From an uncultured delta proteobacterium (GTDB taxonomy: Bacteria; Myxococcota_A; Polyangia; Haliangiales; Haliangiaceae), in NCBI GenBank assembly GCA_963848295.1, contig CAWKDB010000002.1, forward strand, positions 800,001 through 864,000: DNA of 64,000 bases, written 5' to 3'. Each line of letters begins with the position of its first letter. The first letter of the stretch is position 1. A model generated the notes under the pieces. It worked only from the letters and a program-made list of their open reading frames with translations. It searched no databases and was not told where the DNA came from. The translations under genes and the position numbers were made by a program. Shown piece by piece: positions 44,649 through 56,184 of this stretch.

Positions 44649-45517
44649 TCGCTATCCTTCGCACGCTTCGCCCGCAGCAGTGGGTGAAGAACCTGTTCGT
44701 CGCGGCGGCGCTCGTGTTCTCGCGACACCTCACCGACGCGACGTATGCGTGGCGGACCGCGATCGCGTTCGCGGCGTTCTGCGCGTTGTCCGGAGCGGTC
44801 TATGCGTTCAACGACGTGCGCGACGTCGCCGCGGATCGCGCACATCCTCTCAAGTGCAAGCGGCCGATCGCCGCGGGTGCGCTGTCCGAGCGCGCGGCGC
44901 TCGCCACCGCGATCGTGCTCGCGATCTCGGCGCTCGGCGCGTGCATCTGGCTCGATTGGCGACTCGCCGTGTGCGCGGCGATCTACCTCGCGCAGAACAT
45001 CGCGTACAGCGTGCGGCTCAAGCACGTCGCGTTCGTCGACATCGCGCTCGTCGCGGCCGGCTACATCCTGCGCGTCCTCGGCGGCGCGTTCGCGATCGAC
45101 GTGCCGGCGTCGGAGTGGCTGCTCGCCTGCACCGCGCTGCTCGCGGTGTTCCTCGGCCTCGGCAAGCGTGCGCACGAGCTCGCCTGGGCCGAGCGCGCCG
45201 GCACGGGGACGTCGACCCGGGCCTCGCTCGCCGGTTATCGCCTGCCGGTCGTGCGCACCGCGATGTACGTGATCTCGCTCGCGACGGTCGCCGCCTATGT
45301 CGCCTACACGATCGATGCGCGCACCGTCAGGTTCTTCCACACCGATCGGCTGGTGTACTCGTCGCCGTTCGTGGCGCTCGGCATCGCGCGGTTCCTGTCG
45401 CTCGCGCTGTGGCGTCCCAAGGACGAGCCCCCGACCGACGCGATCATCCGGGATCCGTGGGCGCTCGGTGCCGCGGTAGCCGCCGCGATCTGCGTGCTGT
45501 ACGCGATCTATCGGTGA
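44645..45517 (+). CDS. UbiA-family polyprenyl-phosphate phosphoribosyltransferase-like protein
   Basis: LRPQQWVKNLFV, YAFNDVRD..ADRAHP.K.KRPIAAG, YS..LKH, LGKRAHE. Confidence 0.88.
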   Translation: MIAILRTLRPQQWVKNLFVAAALVFSRHLTDATYAWRTAIAFAAFCALSGAVYAFNDVRDVAADRAHPLKCKRPIAAGALSERAALATAIVLAISALGACIWLDWRLAVCAAIYLAQNIAYSVRLKHVAFVDIALVAAGYILRVLGGAFAIDVPASEWLLACTALLAVFLGLGKRAHELAWAERAGTGTSTRASLAGYRLPVVRTAMYVISLATVAAYVAYTIDARTVRFFHTDRLVYSSPFVALGIARFLSLALWRPKDEPPTDAIIRDPWALGAAVAAAICVLYAIYR

Positions 45518-45529
45518 TAAAACAGCCGC

Positions 45530-46612
45530 GTGTCGGATCCGAACGACTCCGCGATCTCGCGGCGCAAGGCCGACCATCTCGAGGTCGCCGCGTCGGGGCG
45601 CGCCGCGTTCGTACGGTCGACGCTGCTCGAAGAAGTTCACCTCGTGCACCAGGCGCTGCCCGAGCTCGCCCTCGACGACATCGACCTCGAGACCGAGCTC
45701 GTCGGCCGCAAGCTCGCCGCCCCGCTCGTGATCAGCGGGATGACCGGTGGCACGCCCGAGGCGGCGGCGATCAATCGCGACCTCGCGCGGGCGGCCCAAG
45801 CGGCGGGTGTCGCGCTCGGCGTCGGATCGCAGCGCGCGATGGCCGAGCATCCGGAGCTCGCCGCGACGTTCCACATTCGCGATGTCGCGCCGTCGGTCGT
45901 CTTGCTCGGCAACGTCGGTGCGGTGCAAGCCACGGCGTGGGGACCGACGCGCGTCGTCGAGCTCGCGAAGCGGATCGGCGCCGACGCGATCGCGGTTCAC
46001 CTCAACGTGGGGCAGGAGCTGATCCAGGATCGCGGCGATCGCGATTTTCGCGGCCTCGTCGCGGGCATCGCGAAGCTGGTCGCGGCCTCGCCGTTGCCGG
46101 TCGTCGTCAAGGAGACCGGCTGTGGCCTGTCGCCGCATGCCGCGCGCCAGTTGATCGGCGTCGGCGTCCACACCGTCGATGTCGCGGGCGCCGGCGGTAC
46201 GAGCTGGGTCGCGGTCGAAGCGGTGCGCGCCGAAGCGAACAGCGCCGCGGCCGCGCTCGGTGGCGAGCTCTGGGATTGGGGTGTGCCCACCGCGGTCGCG
46301 GTCGCCGCGTGCGCGAGCGCCGGGCTCGTCACGATCGCGTCGGGCGGTCTGCGCTCGGGCTACGACGTCGCACGCGCGCTCGCGCTCGGAGCGCGGGCCG
46401 GCGGGATGGCCGCGCCGGTGTTGCGCGCTCAGCGCGATGGAGGCGAGCCGGCGGTGAGCGAGCTGTTGACGCGCGCGATCGCCGCGATTCGCTCGGTGTG
46501 CTTGCTGACCGGATGCCGTACGCCGGCCGAGCTCGCCCGCGCGCCGCGCCATCTCGGTGCGAACCTCAGAGCGTTTCTGTCCGACCTCGAGATCAGCGAG
46601 GCGCGGCGATGA
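45530..46612 (+). CDS. fni: Type 2 isopentenyl-diphosphate isomerase
   Basis: RRKADHL, ISGMTGG, GVGSQR, HLN..QE, VKETGCG, DVAGAGGTSW, ASGGLR. Confidence 0.95.
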   Translation: MSDPNDSAISRRKADHLEVAASGRAAFVRSTLLEEVHLVHQALPELALDDIDLETELVGRKLAAPLVISGMTGGTPEAAAINRDLARAAQAAGVALGVGSQRAMAEHPELAATFHIRDVAPSVVLLGNVGAVQATAWGPTRVVELAKRIGADAIAVHLNVGQELIQDRGDRDFRGLVAGIAKLVAASPLPVVVKETGCGLSPHAARQLIGVGVHTVDVAGAGGTSWVAVEAVRAEANSAAAALGGELWDWGVPTAVAVAACASAGLVTIASGGLRSGYDVARALALGARAGGMAAPVLRAQRDGGEPAVSELLTRAIAAIRSVCLLTGCRTPAELARAPRHLGANLRAFLSDLEISEARR

Positions 46613-47559
46613 CCGCGATCGGCTGGGGCAAGGTGATCCTGCTCGGCGAGCACGCGGTCGTCTATGGCTACCCCGCACTGACCGCGGCGCTCGATCGCGG
46701 CGTGCGGTTGTCCGCGGTGCCGACGCCGGCCGGCGGAACGCTGCGCTGTGATGTGCCGGAGTGGAACATCAAGGTCATCGCCCCACCGGCCGCGGGCGGT
46801 GACGAACCGACGCTGACCGCGCGCGGCGACTCCGACCACCCGTTCGCGCGCGGGCTCGCCGCGATCGCCGATTCGCTCGGCATCGGCCGGCCACCGCTGA
46901 CCCTCGTCGGCGAGGCGCAGATTCCGCCGGGGGCGGGGCTCGGTGCTTCGGCGGCGTTCGCGGTGGCGACCGCGCGCGAGCTGCTCGCCTGGGCGAAGCG
47001 CGCGCCCGATCCGACCGCCGTCGCGCACGCGGCGGCGGCGAGCGAAGAGGTGCTCCACGGCCGGGCGAGCGGGGTCGATGTCGCGATCGCGAGCGCGGGT
47101 GGCATCGGCGTGTTCCGCAAGGCCGGCGGCTTGCGCGCGCTGCCGAAGCTGTCGCTGCGCGTGCTCGTCGGGCCGAGCGGTGCCCCGAAATCGACGTCGC
47201 AGATGGTCGAGCGCGTCGCGCTGTCGACCGGCGGCAAAGCCGGCGACCCGCGGCTGCGCGAGCTCGCGAAGCTGACCGACTCCGGCACGTCGTTCCTGCT
47301 CGGGGGAGAGCTCGCCGAGCTCGGCGCGACGATGAACCGCGCGCACGAGGTGCTCGCCGACCTCGGCGTCTCGACGCCGCTGCTCGACGGCCTGTGTACC
47401 GCGGCGCGCGAAGCCGGCGCGTACGGCGCGAAGCTCACCGGCTCGGGCGGCGGCGGCTCGGTGATCGCGATCGCGCCGCGCGAGCGAGAGGCCGACGTGC
47501 TCGCGGCCTGGAAGGTCGCCGCGGTCACCGGCTTCGCGTCGGTGGTCGGGAGCCGCTGA
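46609..47559 (+). CDS. mvk: Mevalonate kinase
   Basis: GKVILLGEHAVVYGYPA, PPGAGLGASAA, HG.ASGVD, GAKLTGSGGGG. Confidence 0.93.
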   Translation: MTAIGWGKVILLGEHAVVYGYPALTAALDRGVRLSAVPTPAGGTLRCDVPEWNIKVIAPPAAGGDEPTLTARGDSDHPFARGLAAIADSLGIGRPPLTLVGEAQIPPGAGLGASAAFAVATARELLAWAKRAPDPTAVAHAAAASEEVLHGRASGVDVAIASAGGIGVFRKAGGLRALPKLSLRVLVGPSGAPKSTSQMVERVALSTGGKAGDPRLRELAKLTDSGTSFLLGGELAELGATMNRAHEVLADLGVSTPLLDGLCTAAREAGAYGAKLTGSGGGGSVIAIAPREREADVLAAWKVAAVTGFASVVGSR

Positions 47560-48530
47560 TGACGCTCGCACGCGCGTGCGCGAACATCGCGCTCGTCAAG
47601 TATTGGGGCAAGCGCGCCGGCGAGGGTGCGCTCAACCTGCCCGCGACCGGATCGCTGTCGCTGACGCTCGACGCGCTCGTCACCGAGACTCGGCTCGAGC
47701 TCGACAGAGCGCTCGCCGCCGACGCGGTCACGCTCGACGGAGCCCCCGCCGGCGACCGCGAGCGCGCGAAGGTCAGCGCGTTCCTCGACCTCGTGCGCGC
47801 AACATCGGCGCCGCGCGCGCGGGTCGATAGCGTCAATCGGTTTCCGACCGCCTCGGGGCTCGCGTCGTCGGCGTCGGGCTTCGCCGCCCTCGCGGTGGCG
47901 GCGACCGAGGCGTACGATGTGGCGATGTCGCCGCGCGCGTTGTCGCAGCTTGCGCGGATGGGCTCGGGCTCGGCCGCACGCTCGATCGCCGGCGGGTTCG
48001 TGCGCATGCACGCCGGCGCGACCGACGACGATGCGTACGCCGAGCCGATCGAGTCGCCGCTCGCGGCCGACGTCCGCATGGTGATCGCGATCGTCGGCGG
48101 CGGAGCCGCGAAGAGCCACGGCTCGCGCGACGCGATGGCCCACGTCGCCGCGACCTCGCCGCTCTACGATGCCTGGCTCGCGCTCGTGACGCGCGACCTC
48201 GCCGCGGCCGAAGCGGCGCTCGCCGCCGGTGATCTCGCGCGACTCGGCGAGGTCGCCGAGGCCAACGCGCTCGCGATGCACGCCTCGGCGTTCGCGGCAC
48301 GGCCCGCGATCATCTACTGGCAGCCCGCGACGGTCGCGTTGCTCGCGATCGTGCGCGAGCTGCGCGCCGCGGGTCACGCCGCCTGGGCGACGATCGATGC
48401 CGGCCCGCACGTCAAGGTGTTGACCACCGCGGCCGACGCGGCCCACGTCGCGACCGCCGTCGCGAGCATCGCCGGCGTCACCGAGGTCCTGACGAGCGGC
48501 GCCGGTCGCGGCGCGGAGGTCGTGCGATGA
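47559..48530 (+). CDS. mvaD: Diphosphomevalonate decarboxylase
   Basis: NIALVKYWGK, NLPATGSLSLTL, FPTASGLASSASGFAAL, GSGSAARS, TIDAGPHVK. Confidence 0.95.
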   Translation: MTLARACANIALVKYWGKRAGEGALNLPATGSLSLTLDALVTETRLELDRALAADAVTLDGAPAGDRERAKVSAFLDLVRATSAPRARVDSVNRFPTASGLASSASGFAALAVAATEAYDVAMSPRALSQLARMGSGSAARSIAGGFVRMHAGATDDDAYAEPIESPLAADVRMVIAIVGGGAAKSHGSRDAMAHVAATSPLYDAWLALVTRDLAAAEAALAAGDLARLGEVAEANALAMHASAFAARPAIIYWQPATVALLAIVRELRAAGHAAWATIDAGPHVKVLTTAADAAHVATAVASIAGVTEVLTSGAGRGAEVVR

Positions 48531-49528
48531 CCGCATGGAGCGCGTCGGCGCCGGGCAAGCTGATCATCGCCGGCGAGTACGCCGTACTGGCCCACGCACC
48601 GGCGCTCGTGATCGCGGTCGATCGCCGAGTCACCGCGACGCGCCGGCTCGGACCGAGCGGGTCGTCGCCGTTTCTGGTCGCGGTCGCCGCCGAGCTCGCT
48701 CGCCGCCGGGGCGACGCCGATCCGGCCGCGCGCGCCGCCCTCGAGATCGCGGTCGACAGTCGCGCGTGCTACGAGGGCGGCACGAAGCTCGGGCTCGGCT
48801 CGAGCGCCGCGGTCACCGTCGCCGCCACCGCGCTCGCGCTCGCGAGCACCGGTGCCAACTTCGATCGCGACGAAGTGCTCGCGATCGCGCTCGCCGCGCA
48901 TGCATCGGCGCAGAGCGCGCGCGGCAGCGCCGGATCGGGTGCCGATATCGCCGCGGCGGTCTACGGCGGCGTGATCGAGTTCAAGCGCCGCCGGCTCGCG
49001 ACGCCGGGCGGTGGGCTCGGCCCCGACGCGGGCGCCGACGTGCTGCATCGGCGCTGGCCGAACGACGTCACGCTGCTGCCGTTCTTCACCGGGCGGGCCG
49101 CCGACACCGCGACGCTCGTCGCGCAAGTCGCCGCCGCACGCGCCGCGAAGCCGGTCGACGTCGATGCCGCGATCCGCGCGATCGGCGATGCCTCGGTCGC
49201 CGCATGTGCGGTCGTCGCCGCGCAGGAGAGCTCCGGCACCGCCCTGATCGCGGCCCTGTCCCTCGCCGGCCGCGCGCTCGATCGCCTCGCGACCGTGACC
49301 GGAGTCGCGTTGGTGCCGGAGTGCGTCACGGCGGCGCGCGCGGTGCTCGCCCGATTCGGCGGCACCGCGAAGACCACCGGCGCGGGCGGCGGCGATGTCG
49401 CGATCGGCGTAATTCCAGCGAAAGCGGACGCAACCGCCGCACTGCGCCTGATCATCGAATGCGGGTGCAAGCCGCTGTCCCTCGCGGTCGACCCCGTCGG
49501 CGTGGACTTGCGTCCCGTCGCACAGTAG
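48527..49528 (+). CDS. Phosphomevalonate kinase (GHMP family)
   Basis: SAPGKLIIAGEYAVL, KLGLGSSAA, GSGADIAA, KTTGAGGGD. Confidence 0.9.
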   Translation: MTAWSASAPGKLIIAGEYAVLAHAPALVIAVDRRVTATRRLGPSGSSPFLVAVAAELARRRGDADPAARAALEIAVDSRACYEGGTKLGLGSSAAVTVAATALALASTGANFDRDEVLAIALAAHASAQSARGSAGSGADIAAAVYGGVIEFKRRRLATPGGGLGPDAGADVLHRRWPNDVTLLPFFTGRAADTATLVAQVAAARAAKPVDVDAAIRAIGDASVAACAVVAAQESSGTALIAALSLAGRALDRLATVTGVALVPECVTAARAVLARFGGTAKTTGAGGGDVAIGVIPAKADATAALRLIIECGCKPLSLAVDPVGVDLRPVAQ

Positions 49529-49541
49529 AACCCCAAGCGTC

Positions 49542-50834
<1,293 letters not shown>

Positions 50835-50844
50835 GAGGACCGCC

Positions 50845-51816
50845 ATGATCAACCGCCTCGGAGTCGTCCGCTCGCCCGCCCTCGCCGTCCCGCTGCCGCC
50901 GACGCTCGAGCTCGGCGCCTGCTACCGCTACTGCGAAGCGCTGTGCCGGTCGCGTCATCACAACTATCCGGTAGCGTCGATGTTCGCGCGCTCCGCGCTG
51001 CGCCAGCACATCTTCGCGCTGTTCGCGTTCGCGCGCGTCGCGGATGATATCGCGGACGAGCACACGTTCGAGGGCCGGCGCGCGCGCGAGCTCGATCGCT
51101 GGGAAGAACAGCTGCACGCGGCGTATCGCGGCAACGCCGAGCACCCGGTGTTCGTCGCGCTCGCCGACACGGTCGACAAGTTCGCGCTGCCGATCACCGA
51201 GTTCACCGACCTGCTGTCCGGGTTCCGGACAGACCTCGAGCGCCGCCGCTACGCGACGTTCGACGAGCTCCGCAGCTACACCCGTCAAGCCGCCGAGCCG
51301 GTCGGCCGCATGCTGCTCTACATCGGCGGCTATCGCGCGCCGGAGCTCCACGCGTACGCCGATGATCTGTCGAGCGCGCTCGCCGTCGCCCGCCTCGTCC
51401 AGGACGTCCCGGCCGATTGGGCGCGCGGTCGCGTCTACCTGCCGGCCGAGGATCTGCGCCACTTCGGCGTCACCGAAGCCGACATCTCGGCGCGCCGCGT
51501 GTCGTCGGCGGTCGGCAATCTCGTCCGCTACGAGGTCGCGCGCACCCGCGCGCTGTTCGAGCGCGCTCGCCCGCTCGTCGATGTCGTCGGCGCCGATCTC
51601 GCGGTCGAGCTCGCGCTGATGTGGCACGGCGGGATGCGCATGCTCGACAAGATCGAGCGCGTCGGCGGCAAGCTGTTCGCCGAGCGCCCGCGGCTGACCA
51701 CCGCCGACAAGGCGATCGTGCTCGCGCGCGCGCTCGCGTGGCGCGGCGAGACGCTGCCGCCGCGCACGCTGCACCTCTTGCAGCGGCTGACCGAGTCGCC
51801 GAGCGGGCGAGCATAA
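50845..51816 (+). CDS. hpnC: Squalene/phytoene synthase family, HpnC-like
   Basis: NYPVAS, FARVADDIADE, HPVFVALADT, RYATFDEL..Y, PVGR, QDVPAD..RGRVYLP.ED; AGAGGA SD upstream of ATG 50845. Confidence 0.8.
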   Translation: MINRLGVVRSPALAVPLPPTLELGACYRYCEALCRSRHHNYPVASMFARSALRQHIFALFAFARVADDIADEHTFEGRRARELDRWEEQLHAAYRGNAEHPVFVALADTVDKFALPITEFTDLLSGFRTDLERRRYATFDELRSYTRQAAEPVGRMLLYIGGYRAPELHAYADDLSSALAVARLVQDVPADWARGRVYLPAEDLRHFGVTEADISARRVSSAVGNLVRYEVARTRALFERARPLVDVVGADLAVELALMWHGGMRMLDKIERVGGKLFAERPRLTTADKAIVLARALAWRGETLPPRTLHLLQRLTESPSGRA

Positions 51817-51831
51817 GCACGCTCGGCGTGA

Positions 51832-52059
51832 ACGCGAGGCGCTTCGCGCGGCTGCCTGCGAGGGCGCCCCGGACCCGCGCGGGCGACGGCGCTGACCGTG
51901 GCGGTTCCCGGCGCCTCCGCGGAGCGACGCCGCTGCGCGGCGATCGCGCTGCGCGCGAGTTGGAGTGTCGACCTCGAGGCCGAGCGTCTCATCGCGCGCC
52001 TGCCCTTGCTCTCCGGGGCATCCCTCGCGGCGACGCCGCGCTCAGCGACGAGATCGCGT
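51832..52059 (+). other. Long imperfect inverted repeat (rod-like hairpin, ~228 nt)
   Basis: Nested pairs ACGCGA/TCGCGT, GCGCGGC/GCCGCGC, GCGAGGG/CCCTCGC, GCCCCGGA/TCCGGGGC, GGCGC/GCGCC, apex CGCCGC-TGC-GCGGCG. Confidence 0.7.
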
Positions 52060-52086
52060 CCTCGCTCCACACTCGACTGTCCTGAT

Positions 52087-53148
52087 CTGGGACAGCCGAT
52101 CGCGGCATACTCGGCGACCGATGGGTCGCTCGATCAGTTCACGTTCTACGCGTACGACGACGCCGGGCGGGTGATCGAGGAGTACATCACCGACGACACC
52201 GGCCGCGTCGCCGACAACAAGTTCAGCTACACCAACAACCATCTCCACGAGGTGACCACGCCGTCGGCCGCGGTGATCGGCTACACCTACGGCTCGAGCG
52301 GAAGCCCGTCCGATGATGACCTCGTCACCTCGATCTACCGCGGAACCACCTCGACCCCGATCGTGCAAAGCATCGCGTGGAACGCGTTCGGACCCTTGCA
52401 GTCGTTTGCCTGGCTCGCCACGATCAGCGGCACCGCCCTCACCAATACGATCGTGCGTGACAAGAACTACGACATCACGGAGGTCAAAGGGGCGATCGCT
52501 GCAGGCACCCCCGGCACCGACGTCGTCACGCCGCGCGACGCCCTGCGGCGCGTGACCTCACGCACGTATTCGCCGGCGCTCACCGGGCTTACCAACTCGT
52601 TCTTTCTTTACGACGAGCAGAGCCGGGTGACGTGCGAAACTACAACCTCGGTGTCGACCTGCCCCACCAGCGGCTCGGGCCTCAAGAACAACCACAGCCT
52701 CTCGCCCCCGTTCATGAGCGCGGGCGACTGGAAGCTGCTGCTGCGCCCGGTGCCCGGCAGCACCGGCGGCCTCACGAACGACTTCAACTCGTCCGGCACC
52801 GGCTACGGCAGCACGCACCAGGTCACCGACGTCAATCAATCCGATGGCACGCCCGCCCTCGGTCACACCGCGATGGCGTACGACGTTCGCGGCGAGCGCG
52901 AATACGACGACAACACCACGACGCTCACCAACGATCGCCGCGACTACACGTACGATGCGCGCCACAACGTCGTCAACGTCCGCGGCCAGTACTACACGGG
53001 TAGCGCCTGGCACTACTACGACGTCGCCAGCGCCTTCGACGCGACCAACCGGCGCGTCTTCAAGTCGTTCTACGACGAGACCACGACGACGACCGCGCAG
53101 TGGTTCTTCTACTACGATCCGATGAACCGCCTGGTGGAGGTGAACTAA
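52087..53148 (+). pseudogene. RHS/YD-repeat protein fragment, 5'-truncated and ending at the IS
   Basis: YAYDDAGRV, FLYDEQSRV, AYDVRGER, YTYDARHN, YYDPMNRL; no credible start and no DPxG core end. Start coordinate approximate. Confidence 0.82.
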
Positions 53149-54324
53149 ACAGAATCGCACGGCTTGTGGATCACAGGAACCTGGCCACGTGATTCGCGAT
53201 CAGCTTCGGGTCCTCCTGAAACATCGCGAAGGTTGCGCAGAGGGCCGTGTCGCGCTCTTCGACGGTCTTGTAAAAGCGATTGTGGGTGGTTCGTTTCTTG
53301 GTCACTTTCCAGACACCTTCAATCGCATTGAACTCGGGCGAATAGGGCGGCAGTCGGAACAGCTCGATGCGATGGCGGTTCTCCTTTAGCCACAGCTTTC
53401 CGTCTTCCTTGAGATTGTGGCAGGGACCGTTGTCGATGATCAGGAAGATCTTGCGCCGGGTTCGAGCAACGACCTGCTTGAGGAAGTCGAAGAACGTGAG
53501 TCCGTTGAAGACGGGCGCAAACTTGTAGTGGAACCGTGGTCGTTGCTCGAGCGTAACGACGCCGAAGACGTGCGCCGTCTTGCGCATGCCGAACGTGTCT
53601 ACGCGGGGCTGGCAGCCAACTCGGGACCACGTTTGGTGGAGCGTCCCGTCGAGCCAGAAGCTGGCCTCGTCGCCGAAGGCAACGACGCCGCGGCACTGGC
53701 GCGCTTTTTTTTAATCTTCGGCAAGGTCTCTCGCAGCCACGTGGCCTGCCGCGCAAGATCGGCTCGGGCCAGCCGTTTACGCGGCCGCTGGACCGAGAAC
53801 TTGAGTTGGTGCAGGAGCCTCGGCACGTGATGATTGTGATAGCGAACGCCGAACCGCTCCTCGATCAGGTCGCCGATCATCGGACCGGTCCAGACACCGG
53901 ACTGATAGCCTGCCTGCATCGGGCCCAGTTCAATGATGATCCCCAGAGCCTCGCGTTGCTCGTCGGTGAGCTTCGGCGCAGGGCCTTCGGCAATCGAAGT
54001 CCGAAGCCCCTCAACGTGATCGACGTCGTACCACTGGAGCCAGCGATTGACGGAGCCGCGTGTGATGCCGAAGTCGACCGCGATGTGCGTGACTTTTCGT
54101 CCATCGATGTATGCACGAACAGCACGGCCCCGACGCCATTCGCCGAGGTCGTTCTTGAGTTGCGCTTCGACGATAAAATCGTCGAGCTGTTTGAGCTGCG
54201 TGCCACGGCGACGCGAGCGACGAATTGCCTTGCCTGGTTGAGATCGAGCCACGATCGCCGCACGATGATCCTCTCGGGATCCTTCGTCAATAGGCGAGGA
54301 TCTCAGCCTGTGCGATCCTGTTTA
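53146..54324 (-). mobile_element. IS630-family insertion sequence, copy 2
   Basis: Same length and ends as copy 1, identical ORF translations, flanks C|TA...TA|G. Confidence 0.95.
53171..54252 (-). CDS. IS630-family transposase (-1 frameshift at A8G, 53704-53712)
   Basis: Identical translations to 5867-6948. Confidence 0.92.
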
Positions 54325-54615
54325 GAAGGCGTCCGGCTACGACGAATCTTGGGTTTTGAACCCAACAAGTGGGTACTATGTCAATTCATTCACACAGGAC
54401 TACGCTGCCAGACCCTACGTGTTGGATACTACGATAAGCCAGCTGAGTGGCTCACCGCCAGAACCGCCTTCGCTAGTCACGCCGCCAGAACCCTCGCATG
54501 GTAGGGTGATTCGGCGCAGTGATAAATAGTTGACCGTTCTGCAAGCGTAACCGTCCGGGCGAGGACGCATACCGGAGCGCTCGCGCGTACCTACAAACCA
54601 TTCCGCGTCGCTGAC

Positions 54616-56184
54616 CTAGCGCTTCCGGTCGGCTTCGAGGTAGGCGACGAGCGCATCGACGAGGTCGTCGGCGAGCGCGCGCGACGCCGGGCGCTGGCCG
54701 GCGGGGATGTCGTTGACGATGATCGCGAACGCGATGACGTGGCTCGCCGAGACCGCGATGTAGCCGGCGAGTGAGGTCACCTTCGCGAGCGTGCCGGTCT
54801 TCGCGCGCACCCTGCCCTTCGCGTCGTGTCCCGCCCAGCGCTTCGCGAGCGTGCCGTCGACGCCGCCGACCGGCAGCGACGCGAGCAAGTCCGGGCCGAT
54901 CCGGAAGTCGGCGTTCGCGGCCTCGAGCACCTGGACGAGCTGACGCGCCGAGACCTCGCTCGCGCCGTACAAGCCGGAGCCGTTCTCGGCCCGGTAGGCG
55001 CCGTCGGGCAGGCCGATCGTCGCGAGGTAGGCGTGGACGGCGGCGACACCGTCGGCCCACGTGCCGGCGCCGGGCGCGGTGCGAGTCTCGGCGCCGAGGG
55101 TCTTCAGCACGGTCTCGGCGACGTTGTTGTCGCTCTGCTTGTTCATCTCGCGGACCGCGAGCGCGAGCGGTGCGCTGTCGTGCGCCGCGATCAGCTTCGC
55201 CGCCGGTGGCACGGCGCGGACCGCGACCTGGCGCCTGGCGATCTTGACGCCGCGCTCGGCGAGCGCATGGCGCAGCACCTCGGCGGCGAACCGCGCCGGA
55301 TCGTCGACGCGCTTGCGCGTGTCGTAGCTGCCGTCGGCGGGGCAAATCTGACCGGTGACCTCGATCTCGAGGCGGGTCGCTCTGGGCTTCGCGTCGACCT
55401 TGATCTTCGTCCGCCCGGTCGCGATCGTCTTGACGTCGGCCTTCGTGATCTTGATGTAGTCGCCCGCGTCGGGCTCGAGCGTCACCTTCGCGGCGCCGCC
55501 AGGCTCCGGGGTGACGACGACGGTCACCGCGCCGTGCGCGACCGACAGCGAGGCGACCGGTGCGCGATAGCCGGCGCGCTCGTTCGGTTGGTCCGTGAAG
55601 TGCGGCGGCTCGACGACGCCGTCGAAGTAGCTCGTGTCGACGACGAGCCCGCCGGCGACCGAGCGCACGCCGCGCGCCGCGACGTCCGCGGCGAGCGCGC
55701 GCAGATCGGCTTGCGACAGCGTCGGATCGCCGCGGCCGCGGATGTAGAGATCGCCGGCGACCTTGCCGGTCGCATCGTCGAGATCGTCGGCGTAGACCGC
55801 GGTGCGCCAGCGAAACCCGCCGCCGAGCTTCGCGAGCGCCGCGGTCGTGGTCAGCAACTTCGCGTTCGACGCGAGGTTCAAGCCCACGTCGCCGTCGTGG
55901 GCGAACAGCTCCTTGCCCGCGGTCAGGTCCCACACCGCGACGCCGATCTTGGCGTTGCCGAGCGAGGGTCGCCCGCTGATCGCGGTGGCGAGCTTGCTGT
56001 CGAGCCAGGTCGTGCGCGCCGCCGGGTCACTCGGGGCGACGAGCGGGCTGGCGCTGCCCGCGCCGACCTCGTCCTCGTCGTCGCTGCCGGCCGCCGATCC
56101 CGCCGTGGGGTCGGCGCTCGCATGCGGCATACTCAGCAACGCGAGCGCGCCGAGCGCCGCGATCACCCCGCGAGATGTCCACAC
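54616..56184 (-). CDS. dacB: D-Ala-D-Ala carboxypeptidase/endopeptidase (PBP4, S13)
   Basis: ASNAKLLT (SxxK), GRGDPTL, KQSDNN (SxN), ENGSGL, RAKTGTL. Confidence 0.94.
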   Translation of the reverse strand: MWTSRGVIAALGALALLSMPHASADPTAGSAAGSDDEDEVGAGSASPLVAPSDPAARTTWLDSKLATAISGRPSLGNAKIGVAVWDLTAGKELFAHDGDVGLNLASNAKLLTTTAALAKLGGGFRWRTAVYADDLDDATGKVAGDLYIRGRGDPTLSQADLRALAADVAARGVRSVAGGLVVDTSYFDGVVEPPHFTDQPNERAGYRAPVASLSVAHGAVTVVVTPEPGGAAKVTLEPDAGDYIKITKADVKTIATGRTKIKVDAKPRATRLEIEVTGQICPADGSYDTRKRVDDPARFAAEVLRHALAERGVKIARRQVAVRAVPPAAKLIAAHDSAPLALAVREMNKQSDNNVAETVLKTLGAETRTAPGAGTWADGVAAVHAYLATIGLPDGAYRAENGSGLYGASEVSARQLVQVLEAANADFRIGPDLLASLPVGGVDGTLAKRWAGHDAKGRVRAKTGTLAKVTSLAGYIAVSASHVIAFAIIVNDIPAGQRPASRALADDLVDALVAYLEADRKR

